Of a stretch of 64,000 nucleotides of DNA, positions 19,692 through 29,388 are shown piece after piece. The notes beneath the pieces are model-generated. The model searched no databases and was not told the origin of the DNA. It saw only the letters and a list, made by a program, of their open reading frames with translations. Numbering within the stretch: the stretch's first letter is position 1; every line of letters begins with the position of its first letter. Source of the DNA: Vicinamibacteria bacterium (GTDB taxonomy: Bacteria > Acidobacteriota > Vicinamibacteria > Marinacidobacterales > Marinacidobacteraceae); assembly GCA_964291235.2 (NCBI GenBank), contig OZ219816.1, positions 1,440,001 through 1,504,000 of the forward strand, written 5' to 3'. The translations under genes were made by a program, and so were the position numbers.

Positions 19692-19782
19692 CTTATGTCG
19701 TCGTCAACGCCCAGGGATGACGGAACACCCGCGTGCCTTCCTCCCTGCAGCACCACGGCCCATGAAGACCGGTGCTTCCCTG

Positions 19783-22251
19783 CTAGACCCCCGCCGCTTC
19801 CAGTTCCGCCAGCACGCGCTCCGGCCGGAGCGGCAGCCTTCGCATCCGCACCCCGGTCGCGTCGTGGACCGCGTTCGCGATGGCCGCCGGAACCGGCTTG
19901 TGCGACGGTTCGCCCGCTCCGTAGGGGCGGAGGTCCGGGCGGTCGGGGTTCGGGTCGCCGTTCACCACCACGATATCGATGCGCTCGGGCGCGTCCCGGT
20001 GCGTGAGCGTGGGGTGCGTGCGCCAGTCCACGCTGGTGACCTTCTCGCCGTCGAAGCGGACCTCCTCATAGAGCGTCCGGCTGATCCCGTGCAGGAGGTT
20101 CCCCTGGATGGTGTTCTCCAGGCCGTCGGGGTTGATCACCAGGCCGCAGTCGTGCGCGCAAACCATCCGCGGGACCCGCACCCGCCCGGTCTCGCGGTCA
20201 ATCTCGACCTCGGCGATCACCGCGATCGTGGTGCGGGCCCGATAGGTGTACGCGATGCCCCGCCCGGTGAGAAGGCGTCCGGCGCCGACGGTCCCGGGTG
20301 ACGGCCGGGCGTCCCATCCGTAGGCCTTGGCCGCCGCTTCGACCACCGCGATCGAGCGGGCCCGGCGGAAAACCTCGTCGTCCTCGGTGGCGCCCCGCAG
20401 GAGGCGCAGCCGGAAATCGACCGGGTCCGTGTCCGCGGCCGCAGCCAGCTCGTCGATGAACGACTCCCCGGCGAACGTCGTCTGCGGGCCGTTGGGGTCG
20501 CGCAGGTTGCCCGTGCGGAGCGGGGTCTCGAAGGCCAGCGGAAGGCGGACCGCCCGCGTCTCCTCACGCCGGTTCGGGACGTGGTACATGTCGTCCGGCC
20601 CGCGGGCGCCCCCGGGGGACGGCCGCTCGGGCCGGAGCCCCATCAGTTGCGCGATGAGCACGGTCCGGGCCTGGTTGTATCCGACGTGCGCGTAGTTGGC
20701 GATCCGGCCCTGATAGTCCAGCGCGATCAGGTTGCCGTCGGCGTCGAGCCCTCCCCGGAGGTCCATTGCGAAAGCGGGACCCTTGGTGTCCCACGCGGTC
20801 TCCTCGTGCCGCATCCACTGCACCCGAACGGGGCGGCCCAGTTCCTTCGCCAGGTAGGCGGCCTCGAAGCCCGCGTCGTCCGCTGCCGTGCGCCCGTAGA
20901 GCTGCGGCCCCTCCATCCAGATCACCCGCACCTGCTCCGGCGGCATGCCCAGGAACTCCGCGATCCCGGTCCGGTGGCTGTACGGCTTCATGTCGTTGGT
21001 GTAGATCGTCATCTGGCCGTCCGCAGGGTCGGCCAGGGCGTGGGCGGGCCCGATCGCCGTGTGTCCCTGGAAGGGGACGTCGTAGGCGGCCTCGACAACG
21101 GTCGCGGCGCTCGCCAGGGCCCCGTCGGGATCTCCCTCAACCTCCGCCGCCCCGCGTCCGCCCGCGTCCGGCTCCGGCTCCGTGCTCCGCAGGTAGTCGA
21201 AGAGGTCGTCGGACGCCGGGAAGGGCGCCGCGGCGGGCTTTTCCCAGGTGACGGAAAGACGCCTTGCCGCGTCGATCGCCTGCTCTTCGCGCTCGCACAC
21301 GACCGCGACGTAGTTGCCCTTGCTCACCACCCGGATGAGGCCGGGCACCTCGCTTACCGATGACTCGTCGATCCCCGTCAGCGTCGCGCCGGCAAAGGGC
21401 GGGCGCACGTTGCGGGCGTGGACCATCCCCGGGAGGCTGACGTCAACGGCCCACTCGAACGATCCATCGACCTTGGCGGGGATGTCGTAGCGCGGAATCG
21501 ACTGGCCGACGAGTTTCAGGTCCTGCACCGGCTTGATGCTCGCGACGCCGGTGGTCTCGTTGATGCCCGCGCCCGTCAGCGCGACATCGAAGCGGCGCCC
21601 GCCGACCAGCTCGCCGTAGGTCACCCTCCGCGAGGGATCCCCGTGCAGCGAGACCACGCCTTCGCTCACCCGGAGTTCCTCCACCGGCACGCCGAACCGC
21701 TCCGACGCCATTTCCAGCAGCACCCGCCGGGCCTCCGCCGCGATCCGGCGCCCGACCATCGCGTCGCGTTCGATCGCGTCCGAGCCGCCCGAGCCGCCCT
21801 GGTCCACGGTCAGGTCGGTGCGTCCCATGACCACCGTGGCCTGGTCGAAGGCGAGGTCGAGCTCGTCGCACATCATCTGCCGGGTGGCGGTCCCGGTCCC
21901 CTGCCCGCCATCGGTCTTGCCGACGTAGAAGGTCGCGCTGCCGTCCTCGTGGACGACCAGCCAGGAGTCGAGCTGGAGGAAGTCGGGATCGGGATAGGCA
22001 CCGGACTCCGCCAGCTGGGAGCCGAAAGCCTGGCGGGCCGCCCCGGCGGCGCCCACCGCGCTCAGGCCGAACACGAAGAGTCCCGAGGTCTTGAGGAAAT
22101 CGCGCCGGGAAGCGGTCCCGCCCCAGCGCCGGAGCGCGCGGTCGATCGAGTTCGCGGCCTGCCGGTCGGGGGCCGCGGGCCCGCTGGCCACGGGGCCACC
22201 GGGTTCGCCGGCCGGATCCGGCCCTCTTCGGGGGTCGCGCCCGGCCTTCAT
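19783..22251 (-). CDS. Xanthine dehydrogenase family molybdopterin-binding subunit (IorB/aldehyde oxidoreductase-like) with Tat motif
   Basis: SRRDFLK plus hydrophobic helix, GKTDGGQG, KVDG, RPVRVQWMR, ESFIDELA, HDCGLVINP, GAGEP..PAAIANAV.DATGVR.R.LP. Start ATG 22251 overlaps the small-subunit stop. Confidence 0.9.
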   Translation of the reverse strand: MKAGRDPRRGPDPAGEPGGPVASGPAAPDRQAANSIDRALRRWGGTASRRDFLKTSGLFVFGLSAVGAAGAARQAFGSQLAESGAYPDPDFLQLDSWLVVHEDGSATFYVGKTDGGQGTGTATRQMMCDELDLAFDQATVVMGRTDLTVDQGGSGGSDAIERDAMVGRRIAAEARRVLLEMASERFGVPVEELRVSEGVVSLHGDPSRRVTYGELVGGRRFDVALTGAGINETTGVASIKPVQDLKLVGQSIPRYDIPAKVDGSFEWAVDVSLPGMVHARNVRPPFAGATLTGIDESSVSEVPGLIRVVSKGNYVAVVCEREEQAIDAARRLSVTWEKPAAAPFPASDDLFDYLRSTEPEPDAGGRGAAEVEGDPDGALASAATVVEAAYDVPFQGHTAIGPAHALADPADGQMTIYTNDMKPYSHRTGIAEFLGMPPEQVRVIWMEGPQLYGRTAADDAGFEAAYLAKELGRPVRVQWMRHEETAWDTKGPAFAMDLRGGLDADGNLIALDYQGRIANYAHVGYNQARTVLIAQLMGLRPERPSPGGARGPDDMYHVPNRREETRAVRLPLAFETPLRTGNLRDPNGPQTTFAGESFIDELAAAADTDPVDFRLRLLRGATEDDEVFRRARSIAVVEAAAKAYGWDARPSPGTVGAGRLLTGRGIAYTYRARTTIAVIAEVEIDRETGRVRVPRMVCAHDCGLVINPDGLENTIQGNLLHGISRTLYEEVRFDGEKVTSVDWRTHPTLTHRDAPERIDIVVVNGDPNPDRPDLRPYGAGEPSHKPVPAAIANAVHDATGVRMRRLPLRPERVLAELEAAGV

Positions 22252-22727
22252 CGGTCCGCCTCCGTCTGGGTCATTGCCGCCGCGGCGCGCTTCACCGCGG
22301 ACTGGATCCGGAAGTAGGTCATGCAACGGCACAGAATCGCGTTCATGCCCTCCCGGATCTCGGCGTCGGTCGGATTCGGGGTGGCCTCGAGCAGCGCCGC
22401 GGCAGCGAGGATCTGACCGTTCTGGCAGAACCCGCACTGCGGCACCTGCTCGTCGATCCAGGCTTGCTGGACGGGGTGCAGTTCCCCATTCTCGGGAAGC
22501 CCCTCCAGGGTCGTGATCTCGCCGCTCGTTCGCGAAACCGGCAGGATGCACGAGCGGATCGGGCGGCCGTCCATCAGCACCGTGCACGTCCCGCACTGGG
22601 CAAGGCCGCACCCGAAGCGCGGGCCCCGCAGACCGAGATCGTTCCGCAGCACGTACAGCAGCGGCGCCTGTGGATCGACGTCGAGCGTATGGGTCTCGCC
22701 GTTGACCCTGAGCGTGGTCTCTGTCAT
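22248..22727 (-). CDS. (2Fe-2S)-binding small subunit (IorA/CoxS-like)
   Basis: GCGLAQCGTCTV, SC, QCGFCQNG, LCRC. Confidence 0.93.
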   Translation of the reverse strand: MTETTLRVNGETHTLDVDPQAPLLYVLRNDLGLRGPRFGCGLAQCGTCTVLMDGRPIRSCILPVSRTSGEITTLEGLPENGELHPVQQAWIDEQVPQCGFCQNGQILAAAALLEATPNPTDAEIREGMNAILCRCMTYFRIQSAVKRAAAAMTQTEADR

Positions 22728-22847
22728 CGCCGTGTTCTCCCTCCGCGCGAAAGATCCTCGGTGCGGCAGCCGGCCGGCACCCGGTTCGATTCTACGGCCT
22801 ACCCTGTCGATCCCGTGGGCCGCGCGAAGGTCGGTGCCCCCGGTCGC

Positions 22848-23408
22848 CTAGCGAAGACTCCCGACTCGTTCGAACGTCATCGCGTTCCCGCTCGGGAAGA
22901 ACAGGGTCAGGCGGTTCCCCTCGACCGCCACCTCGCAGGGTTCCCGGTGATTCCGGTCGGCTTCCTCCGCCGAACGGAACGCCATCGCCAGCGGTGCGGC
23001 GGGGAGCGGCCCGGCCGCTTCACCCGCCGAGAGATGAAACTGGTGGGTGAGAACCAGCGACTTGCCGTCGCGGGACCACGCGCCACCCTCGGCGGACCCA
23101 CGGAGGGCCTCCCCGTCCTCGCCGGTCACGAAGAAGTTGACGAACCACTCGCCGCTGCGGCCGTCGGCTTCGCTGGCGAGGAAAACGATTCTCCCGTCCA
23201 CCGGAAGCTCCTCGCCTGCCGCCAGTTGGTAGCCGCGCGGGCGCCAGGGTCCGACAATCGGATCCACCGCCGCCACGGCCGACTGCCCGGCAGAATCGGG
23301 GGCGGACGGCGCCTCCACCGTCCCGTCCGCGCCGAGCCCGGCCAGGCTGGAGGCGAGCAACAGGGAACCGGCAAGGACCGCAAGAGAAGAAGGACGATTC
23401 GACCGCAT
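22848..23408 (-). CDS. Secreted hypothetical protein (possible lipocalin-like beta-barrel)
   Basis: Signal peptide, IVGPW start and MTFER end typical of small beta-barrels; co-oriented upstream of the molybdoenzyme genes. Confidence 0.6.
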   Translation of the reverse strand: MRSNRPSSLAVLAGSLLLASSLAGLGADGTVEAPSAPDSAGQSAVAAVDPIVGPWRPRGYQLAAGEELPVDGRIVFLASEADGRSGEWFVNFFVTGEDGEALRGSAEGGAWSRDGKSLVLTHQFHLSAGEAAGPLPAAPLAMAFRSAEEADRNHREPCEVAVEGNRLTLFFPSGNAMTFERVGSLR

Positions 23409-23533
23409 AGGCGAGGAAGGCTATCCGCTTCCCGGGCTCGAGTCCCGGGGAGCGCGCCGGCGCGGCGGGCAGCGCCGCCCGCCCCGCGGCGCCGGCTGAG
23501 TCCGCCCCTCCCAACGGGTAATCTTCCGGTGCC

Positions 23534-24475
23534 ATGAGCGCCATGGGGATAGGGATTCCACGCTGCCTCCTCGCCGCCGGCCTGTTTGTCACTTTGGCCT
23601 CGCTGCCGGCCTGCAGTCTCGTCTCCAACGTGGCGGTGAACTCCATTGCGGCACTGCTGGCCGAGGGCGAGGCGGTCTTCCGTTCGGATGACGACCTCGA
23701 TCTGGTCAAGGCGCCGCTCGCGAACAACATCTGGCTCATGGAGACGATGCTGGTGACGAACCCGGAGCATCGCGACGTGCTCCTGAGCGCCACCAAGGGA
23801 TTCCTGCTGTTCACGTACGGATTCGTCGAACCCGACCTCTTCGAGCTCGATTTCACCCAGTTCGAGGAGAAACAGGCGGTCCGGCGGCGGGCGGCCCGGC
23901 TCTACCGGCGCGCCGTCGCCTACGGCATGCGGGGAATGGCAGTGAACCATCCAGGAATCGAGGAGCGCCTCCGGCGCAATCCGGAAGCGGCGGCCGCCGA
24001 ACTCGAACTGGAAGACGCCGCGCTGGCGCTTTGGACCGGCACCGCCCTCGGCGCGTGGATCGCGATGGACACGGACAACCCGGAGGCCACCGCGGACCTC
24101 GGCCTGATGGGCGCCCTGCTCCACCGTTCGCGCGAGCTCGACGACACCGTTGACGACGGGGTGGTGTACGACTACCTCAGCCTCTACGAGGTGTCCCGGA
24201 TCGGGGGCTCCATCGAAAAGGCGCGGGAGTACTACGAGCACGCCCTCGATATCGGACCGGAGCGCTGGCCGGTACTCTGGACCAGCTGGGCCGAATCCGG
24301 GTCCGTCGCGAGTGGAGATCGGGAGGAATTCGAAACCCTGCTGCGGCAGGCGCTCGACTTCGACCTCGACGACGAGCCCGGTTCGCGCCTCGTCAACCAG
24401 GTGGCCCAGGTGCGGGCGGCCTGGTTCCTGGAAAACGTCGCGGAGTACTTCCTCGACGACATGCAGAATCCGTAG
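23534..24475 (+). CDS. TRAP transporter TatT component (lipoprotein)
   Basis: Lipobox LPAC, DDLDLVK..L, Y.YGFV, RAARLYRRA..YG; first gene before dctP and dctQM. Confidence 0.82.
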   Translation: MSAMGIGIPRCLLAAGLFVTLASLPACSLVSNVAVNSIAALLAEGEAVFRSDDDLDLVKAPLANNIWLMETMLVTNPEHRDVLLSATKGFLLFTYGFVEPDLFELDFTQFEEKQAVRRRAARLYRRAVAYGMRGMAVNHPGIEERLRRNPEAAAAELELEDAALALWTGTALGAWIAMDTDNPEATADLGLMGALLHRSRELDDTVDDGVVYDYLSLYEVSRIGGSIEKAREYYEHALDIGPERWPVLWTSWAESGSVASGDREEFETLLRQALDFDLDDEPGSRLVNQVAQVRAAWFLENVAEYFLDDMQNP

Positions 24476-24487
24476 GGGAATTCCGAT

Positions 24488-25519
24488 ATGCGCAACCTCA
24501 GGAAATGGCTCACCACGGGGCGCCGCGCGGCTTTCGCCGGCTCCTGCCTCGCCCTCCTGCTGCCGGCGGCCGCCGCCGAAGCTCGGGTCAACCTCCGCCT
24601 CGCGACCGTCGCGCCGCGGGGATCGGCGTATCACCTGATCCTCGACAAGATGGCCGCCGAAATCGGCCGCGAGACCGGTGGCGAGGTCCGGATCCGGATC
24701 ATCGCCGGAGGCGCCGCCGGCGACGAGACCGCGATGATCAGCAAGATGCGGATCGGTCAGGTCCAGATGGCCGCGGTCTCCAACGTCGGGCTCGCGGAAC
24801 TGGATCCGAGCGCCTGGACGCTCTCGATTCCCATGGTATTCCGCGACTACCGGGAATGGGACCACGTCCGGGAGGCCATGAACCCGACCATCGCGGAAAC
24901 GCTTCGCGGGCACGGGTTCCAGGTGATCGCCTGGGCCGACATCGGCTGGCTCCACTTCTTCGCCAGCGACCCCGTCCATACCCTGGAAGACCTGCAGCAA
25001 CTGAAGTTGGCGGGCGCTTCCAACGACCAGACCGTCCTCGATCTCCTGCGCTGGTCAGGCTTCGATCCCGTCCAGATCAACTCGGTCGAACTCGTGAGCG
25101 GCTTCCAGACCGGACTCATCGAGGCGGTTCCGCTGCCCATCGTCCTTGCGGAGGGATCCCAGATCTACCGCTCGGCCAAATTCATGAACGACCTGCCCTG
25201 GGCGCCGATGCAGGGCGCCATCATCGTGCACGAGCAGGGCTGGGAAAGGCTCGACGCGTCCCAGCAGGAAGTGGTGCTCCGCAAGAGCAACGAGGCGGCG
25301 GTCTCGTTCCGCGCAACCAACCGCGAGCAGGAGCAGAAGTCGCTCGAGGCGATGAAGTCGCGGGGCCTCGAGGTGATCGAGGCGTCCTCCGAGTTCGAGA
25401 CTGCCTGGATGGAGACCGCGGAAAAGCTCTTTCCCCTGGTCCGGGAGCAGCTTGTTTCGCCTCCGGTGTTCGACCGCATGATCCAGTTGCGCGATGAGTA
25501 CCGGGCCACCAATGAGTAG
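24488..25519 (+). CDS. dctP: TRAP transporter substrate-binding protein DctP/TatP
   Basis: LATVAPRGS, GGAAGDE..MI.KMRIGQ, W.D.GW..FF, FQTGLI. Confidence 0.88.
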   Translation: MRNLRKWLTTGRRAAFAGSCLALLLPAAAAEARVNLRLATVAPRGSAYHLILDKMAAEIGRETGGEVRIRIIAGGAAGDETAMISKMRIGQVQMAAVSNVGLAELDPSAWTLSIPMVFRDYREWDHVREAMNPTIAETLRGHGFQVIAWADIGWLHFFASDPVHTLEDLQQLKLAGASNDQTVLDLLRWSGFDPVQINSVELVSGFQTGLIEAVPLPIVLAEGSQIYRSAKFMNDLPWAPMQGAIIVHEQGWERLDASQQEVVLRKSNEAAVSFRATNREQEQKSLEAMKSRGLEVIEASSEFETAWMETAEKLFPLVREQLVSPPVFDRMIQLRDEYRATNE

Positions 25520-25560
25520 ATCCCGCCCGGGGTCGGCCCGCTGAACCCAGCCGGAGAAAC

Positions 25561-27435
25561 ATGAGTCCCGACGGGGCGGCCACCGTTCCCGACAGCGGCG
25601 CGAACGCGCCGGAAGCCGCGCCCGCGCCCCCGCGGAGTCGCCTCGCCGTTTTCGAGGACGCGATATCCGTCGGCGCCCTCGTCCTCATGGCGGCGATCCC
25701 GATCGTCGAGGCGCTCATCCGGCCGGTCTATCCGACGGGCATCCCGGGCTCCTCGATGTGGGTGCAGCACCTCACTCTCTGGGTCGCCTTCCTGGGGGCG
25801 GCGGTGGCGTCCCGGCGGGGCGAGCTGCTCTCGCTGAGCGCCGGCCCGAGCATGGTGTCGGATGTCTGGAAACCGCGCCTTCTGTCGCTTTCCGGGGCGG
25901 TCGGGGTCGTGGTGTCGGTGGCACTCGCGTATGCCAGCGTGGTGCTGGTCCGGGCCGAGTGGGAAGGCGGCCGGGAGCTGGCGCTCGGCGTTCCGGTGTG
26001 GATCGCCGCGGCGGTCATGCCGGTCGGCTTCGTGCTCATCGGCTGGCGGCTCTGGCGCCGGATCCCGACCCGCTGGGGCCGGTGGGCGGCGGTCCTCGGG
26101 CTCGCCATTCCCCTGCTGCTCCACGAGGGGTTCACCGGGTGGGATCTCACCGAGAGCGGCATCGAATGGCCCCTGCTGGCCCTCGTCCTGATTGCCACCG
26201 CGTTCGGGGCGCCGATCTTCGTGGCGCTCGGCGGCGCCGCCGCGGTGCTGCTGTGGGGCAACTGGGATCCAGTCTCGGCGATTCCTGCCGAGGCCTACAG
26301 CATGGTCACGAAACCCATGCTCCCGACCATCCCGCTCTTTACCCTCGCGGGCTACATCCTCGCGGAGGGCGGCGCCCCGAAACGCCTCGTGGTGCTCTTC
26401 CGCGGAGTCTTCGGCTGGATGCCGGGCGGGGTCGCGGTGGTCGCGATCGTGATGTCGGCGTTCTTCACCTGTTTCACCGGGGGCAGCGGCGTCACCATCC
26501 TGGCAATGGGCGGGCTCATGTTCCCCCTGCTGCTCGCGGACGGCCACCGCCCCAAGTTCGCGACCGGACTGCTCACCGCGGCGGGCTCTCTCGGCCTCCT
26601 CATTCCGCCCTCGGTAGCGGTCATCCTCTACGCAATCGTCGCCGAAGTGGACATTCCGCGGCTTTTCGTGGCCGGACTGATCCCTTCGGCCCTCCAGATC
26701 GTGCTGGTTGCCGGGTTCACCATCCTGGTGACCCGGCGCTTCGCGGGAAACACGTCGCCCTTCCGGATCCGCGAGGCGGCGCAGGCGCTGTGGACCGCGA
26801 AATGGGAGGCGTCCATCCCGGTCGTGGTCATCGGCGTGATGCTCGGGGGATTCGCGACGCTCGTGGAGGCGGCCGCCATCACCGTCCTCTACGCCCTGTT
26901 CATCGAGTTCGTGGTCCACCGCGAGGGGAAGTCGTTCTCCGATCTCGTTCGCACCGGGGCCAATGCGGTGACCCTGATCGGCGGCGTACTGCTCATCCTG
27001 GGCGCCGCCCTCGGGCTCACGAACTACCTGATCTTCGCCGACATCCCGGGGACGGCGATCGATTGGGTGCAGTCGTTCGTGGACTCCCCCCTCTTCTTCC
27101 TGCTGCTGCTGAACATCTTCTTGCTGATCGTCGGCTGTCTCATGGACATCTATTCGGCCATCGTGGTCGTCGTACCGCTGGTCGCGCCCCTCGGACTCGC
27201 GTTTGGCATCGACCCGCTCCATCTCGGGGTCATTTTCCTGACGAACCTCGAACTCGGGTACCTCACGCCGCCGGTGGGCATGAACCTCTTCCTCGCCTCG
27301 TACCGCTTCAAGCGCCCCCTTGGTGAGGTGTACCGCGCCTCCGTCCCGTTCCTGCTGATCCGGGCGGGAGCGGTGCTGCTCGTAACCTACGTGCCCTATC
27401 TGACGCTCGCCCTCCCCGGGCTAGTCTTCGACTAG
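25561..27435 (+). CDS. dctM: Fused TRAP permease DctQ-DctM
   Basis: IPLFTLAG, FTGGSGVTILA, GSLGLLIPPS, NLELGYLTPPVGMNLF; N-terminal DctQ-like helices. Confidence 0.9.
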   Translation: MSPDGAATVPDSGANAPEAAPAPPRSRLAVFEDAISVGALVLMAAIPIVEALIRPVYPTGIPGSSMWVQHLTLWVAFLGAAVASRRGELLSLSAGPSMVSDVWKPRLLSLSGAVGVVVSVALAYASVVLVRAEWEGGRELALGVPVWIAAAVMPVGFVLIGWRLWRRIPTRWGRWAAVLGLAIPLLLHEGFTGWDLTESGIEWPLLALVLIATAFGAPIFVALGGAAAVLLWGNWDPVSAIPAEAYSMVTKPMLPTIPLFTLAGYILAEGGAPKRLVVLFRGVFGWMPGGVAVVAIVMSAFFTCFTGGSGVTILAMGGLMFPLLLADGHRPKFATGLLTAAGSLGLLIPPSVAVILYAIVAEVDIPRLFVAGLIPSALQIVLVAGFTILVTRRFAGNTSPFRIREAAQALWTAKWEASIPVVVIGVMLGGFATLVEAAAITVLYALFIEFVVHREGKSFSDLVRTGANAVTLIGGVLLILGAALGLTNYLIFADIPGTAIDWVQSFVDSPLFFLLLLNIFLLIVGCLMDIYSAIVVVVPLVAPLGLAFGIDPLHLGVIFLTNLELGYLTPPVGMNLFLASYRFKRPLGEVYRASVPFLLIRAGAVLLVTYVPYLTLALPGLVFD

Positions 27436-27464
27436 CACCCCGGCGAACCGCCGGAAAGCGGGCC

Positions 27465-28724
27465 ATGGACTTCGAAGTCGCCGACCGGAACCGGAAACGC
27501 CGGACCCGCCGCCTGTTGCTCGTCGGCGGTGGAATCGCGGCACTCGCCGTGGGGTTGCTCCTGGTCGGGAACCTCGCGCCCGGCGTGCCCGAAGTGAGCC
27601 GCTCGGTCGTCTGGACCGGCATCGTCGAGCGGGGGGAAATGGTGCGCCAGGTACGGGGCCCCGGCAGCCTGCAGGTGCCGCCGGAGCAGATCCGCTGGCT
27701 CGCCGCCGAGACCCGCGGGCGAGTGGAAGAACGGCGGGTTCTTCCGGGAACCCCGGTCGAAGCCGACACCGTGCTGCTCGTGCTCTCCAATCCCGAACTC
27801 GAACAGCAGACCCGCGAAGCCGCGCTCCAGCTCCGTGCGCAGGAAGCCGAACTCCGGCGGCTGCTGGATCAGACGCACTCCGACCTGCTGGAGCAGCAGA
27901 ACGCGGCCGGACAGCTCGCCTCGTCCTCGGCGCAGGCCCGGCGCCGCGCCGACGCCGACCGGAAGCTCTTCGAAGCGGGGCTGGTCGGAGAACTGATCCG
28001 GCGGCGGAGCGAGGTGAGCGCCGAAGAGCTCGAAACGCGCCACACGCTCGAGGAGGAGCGCCTCTCCATCCTCTCGGACTCCAGCAAGGCGCAACGCACC
28101 TCAAAGGAGGCGACCGTGGCGCGCTACCGGGCCGTATTGGCGCTTCGCCAGCGCCAGCTGACCGCCCTCACGGTACGGGCGGGGCGGACGGGAATCCTCC
28201 TGGCACTTCCGGTCGAAGTCGGCGAGGAAGTGACGCCCGGCCAAAATCTCGCGCGGGTGGCCGATCCCCAGGAACTGAAGGCGGTGCTGCGGATCGCCGA
28301 GACGCAGGCCCGCGACGTGGAGCCCGGTCAGGCGGCGCTCGTGGACACGCGGAACGGAGTCATCGCGGGCGTCGTTTCCCGGGTGGACCCCGGGGTGCGG
28401 GACGGGACGGTGGCGGTCGACATCCGCCTCTCCGGCACACCGCCCCGCGGGGCGCGTCCGGACCTTTCGGTGGACGGCACCATCGAACTCGATCGCATTC
28501 CGGACACCCTGCACGTCGGACGGCCCGCCTACGGCCAGCCGGGGAGCAACGTCGGGCTGTTCCGGCTCGCCTCCGACGGCCAGACCGCGGTTCGGGTTCC
28601 GGTCGAACTCGGGCGGGGTTCGGTCAACCGCATCGAAGTGCTCGGCGGTCTTGTCGAGGGCGACGAGATCATCCTGTCAGACACCTCGGCCTGGGACACC
28701 TGGGACGCCGTCCGCCTGCGGTGA
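27465..28724 (+). CDS. Efflux/ABC periplasmic adaptor (MacA/HlyD family)
   Basis: N-terminal TM, V.GPGSL.P, lipoyl halves, coiled coil, RPDLSVDG.I, V.LG..S...IEV..GL.EGD.IILS. Confidence 0.85.
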   Translation: MDFEVADRNRKRRTRRLLLVGGGIAALAVGLLLVGNLAPGVPEVSRSVVWTGIVERGEMVRQVRGPGSLQVPPEQIRWLAAETRGRVEERRVLPGTPVEADTVLLVLSNPELEQQTREAALQLRAQEAELRRLLDQTHSDLLEQQNAAGQLASSSAQARRRADADRKLFEAGLVGELIRRRSEVSAEELETRHTLEEERLSILSDSSKAQRTSKEATVARYRAVLALRQRQLTALTVRAGRTGILLALPVEVGEEVTPGQNLARVADPQELKAVLRIAETQARDVEPGQAALVDTRNGVIAGVVSRVDPGVRDGTVAVDIRLSGTPPRGARPDLSVDGTIELDRIPDTLHVGRPAYGQPGSNVGLFRLASDGQTAVRVPVELGRGSVNRIEVLGGLVEGDEIILSDTSAWDTWDAVRLR

Positions 28725-28748
28725 GGCGCCTCATCGCTCCCGCGGCGG

Positions 28749-29342
28749 TCAGGGCCGGCTGAGCGAGAGCACGATCCGCTCGGCAACCCAATCCGCAAGC
28801 GCCGCCGCTTCCCGTCCCTCGGGAACCGGGCGGCCGAGCGGAAACCGCTCGGCGAAGACATGCGGCGGATCGGAATCGCGCACCAGCAGAACGTCCAGAC
28901 GGATTCCGCCACCGCTCTCCCCCTCCTCCTCCGCGGGAGCGTTCCAGGAGGAACCGGGCCCCAGCGCCCCGCCCGGACCCGATTCCAGGCTGCCCACGAG
29001 CACGTAGTCCGCACCGAGCCGGGCGGCGATGCCGACCAGGCCTTCCTCGCGCTCCGCTGGGCCGAATGCGGGACGCAGCCGGCGCGCCGAGAGCTCGAAG
29101 ATGCGGTCGGGCTCGGCCTCCAGGCGGGTGCGCACCGATTCCGTCAACTGCCGCGCGAGGGCAGTGAACTCGCCCTCGCCGGTGCCGTTGTCGAAGTCCG
29201 GTACCAGCAGGACCGGACGGGCTACCGGGTCCGGCCGGCGGATCGCGGCCGGCTTGCCGCGGACGGCCAGCAGGCCGAGCCCCGTCCCGAGAACCACGAT
29301 CCCCGCGACCACGAAGAATCCCCTGGGGACCTGTCTGCTCAC
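28749..29342 (-). CDS. Membrane-anchored hypothetical protein with TolB-N/FlgO-like domain
   Basis: TM helix followed by LLVPDFDN.TG...LA..LTE, LGADYVL.GS. Start set at GTG 29342 to avoid overlap with etfB. Confidence 0.6.
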   Translation of the reverse strand: MSRQVPRGFFVVAGIVVLGTGLGLLAVRGKPAAIRRPDPVARPVLLVPDFDNGTGEGEFTALARQLTESVRTRLEAEPDRIFELSARRLRPAFGPAEREEGLVGIAARLGADYVLVGSLESGPGGALGPGSSWNAPAEEEGESGGGIRLDVLLVRDSDPPHVFAERFPLGRPVPEGREAAALADWVAERIVLSLSRP

Positions 29343-29388
29343 CTTGCCCGCGGACGCTAGCGCAGCGATCATTAGCACCGACTCCGCC

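Noticed and set aside
19075-19780. RNase P RNA, tmRNA, SRP RNA, a riboswitch, or the 391-aa ORF 19126-20301
   Set aside because: No hallmark motif was found (e.g. GAGGAAAGUCC of RNase P or tRNA-like ends). The ORF is low-complexity and antisense to the molybdoenzyme gene.
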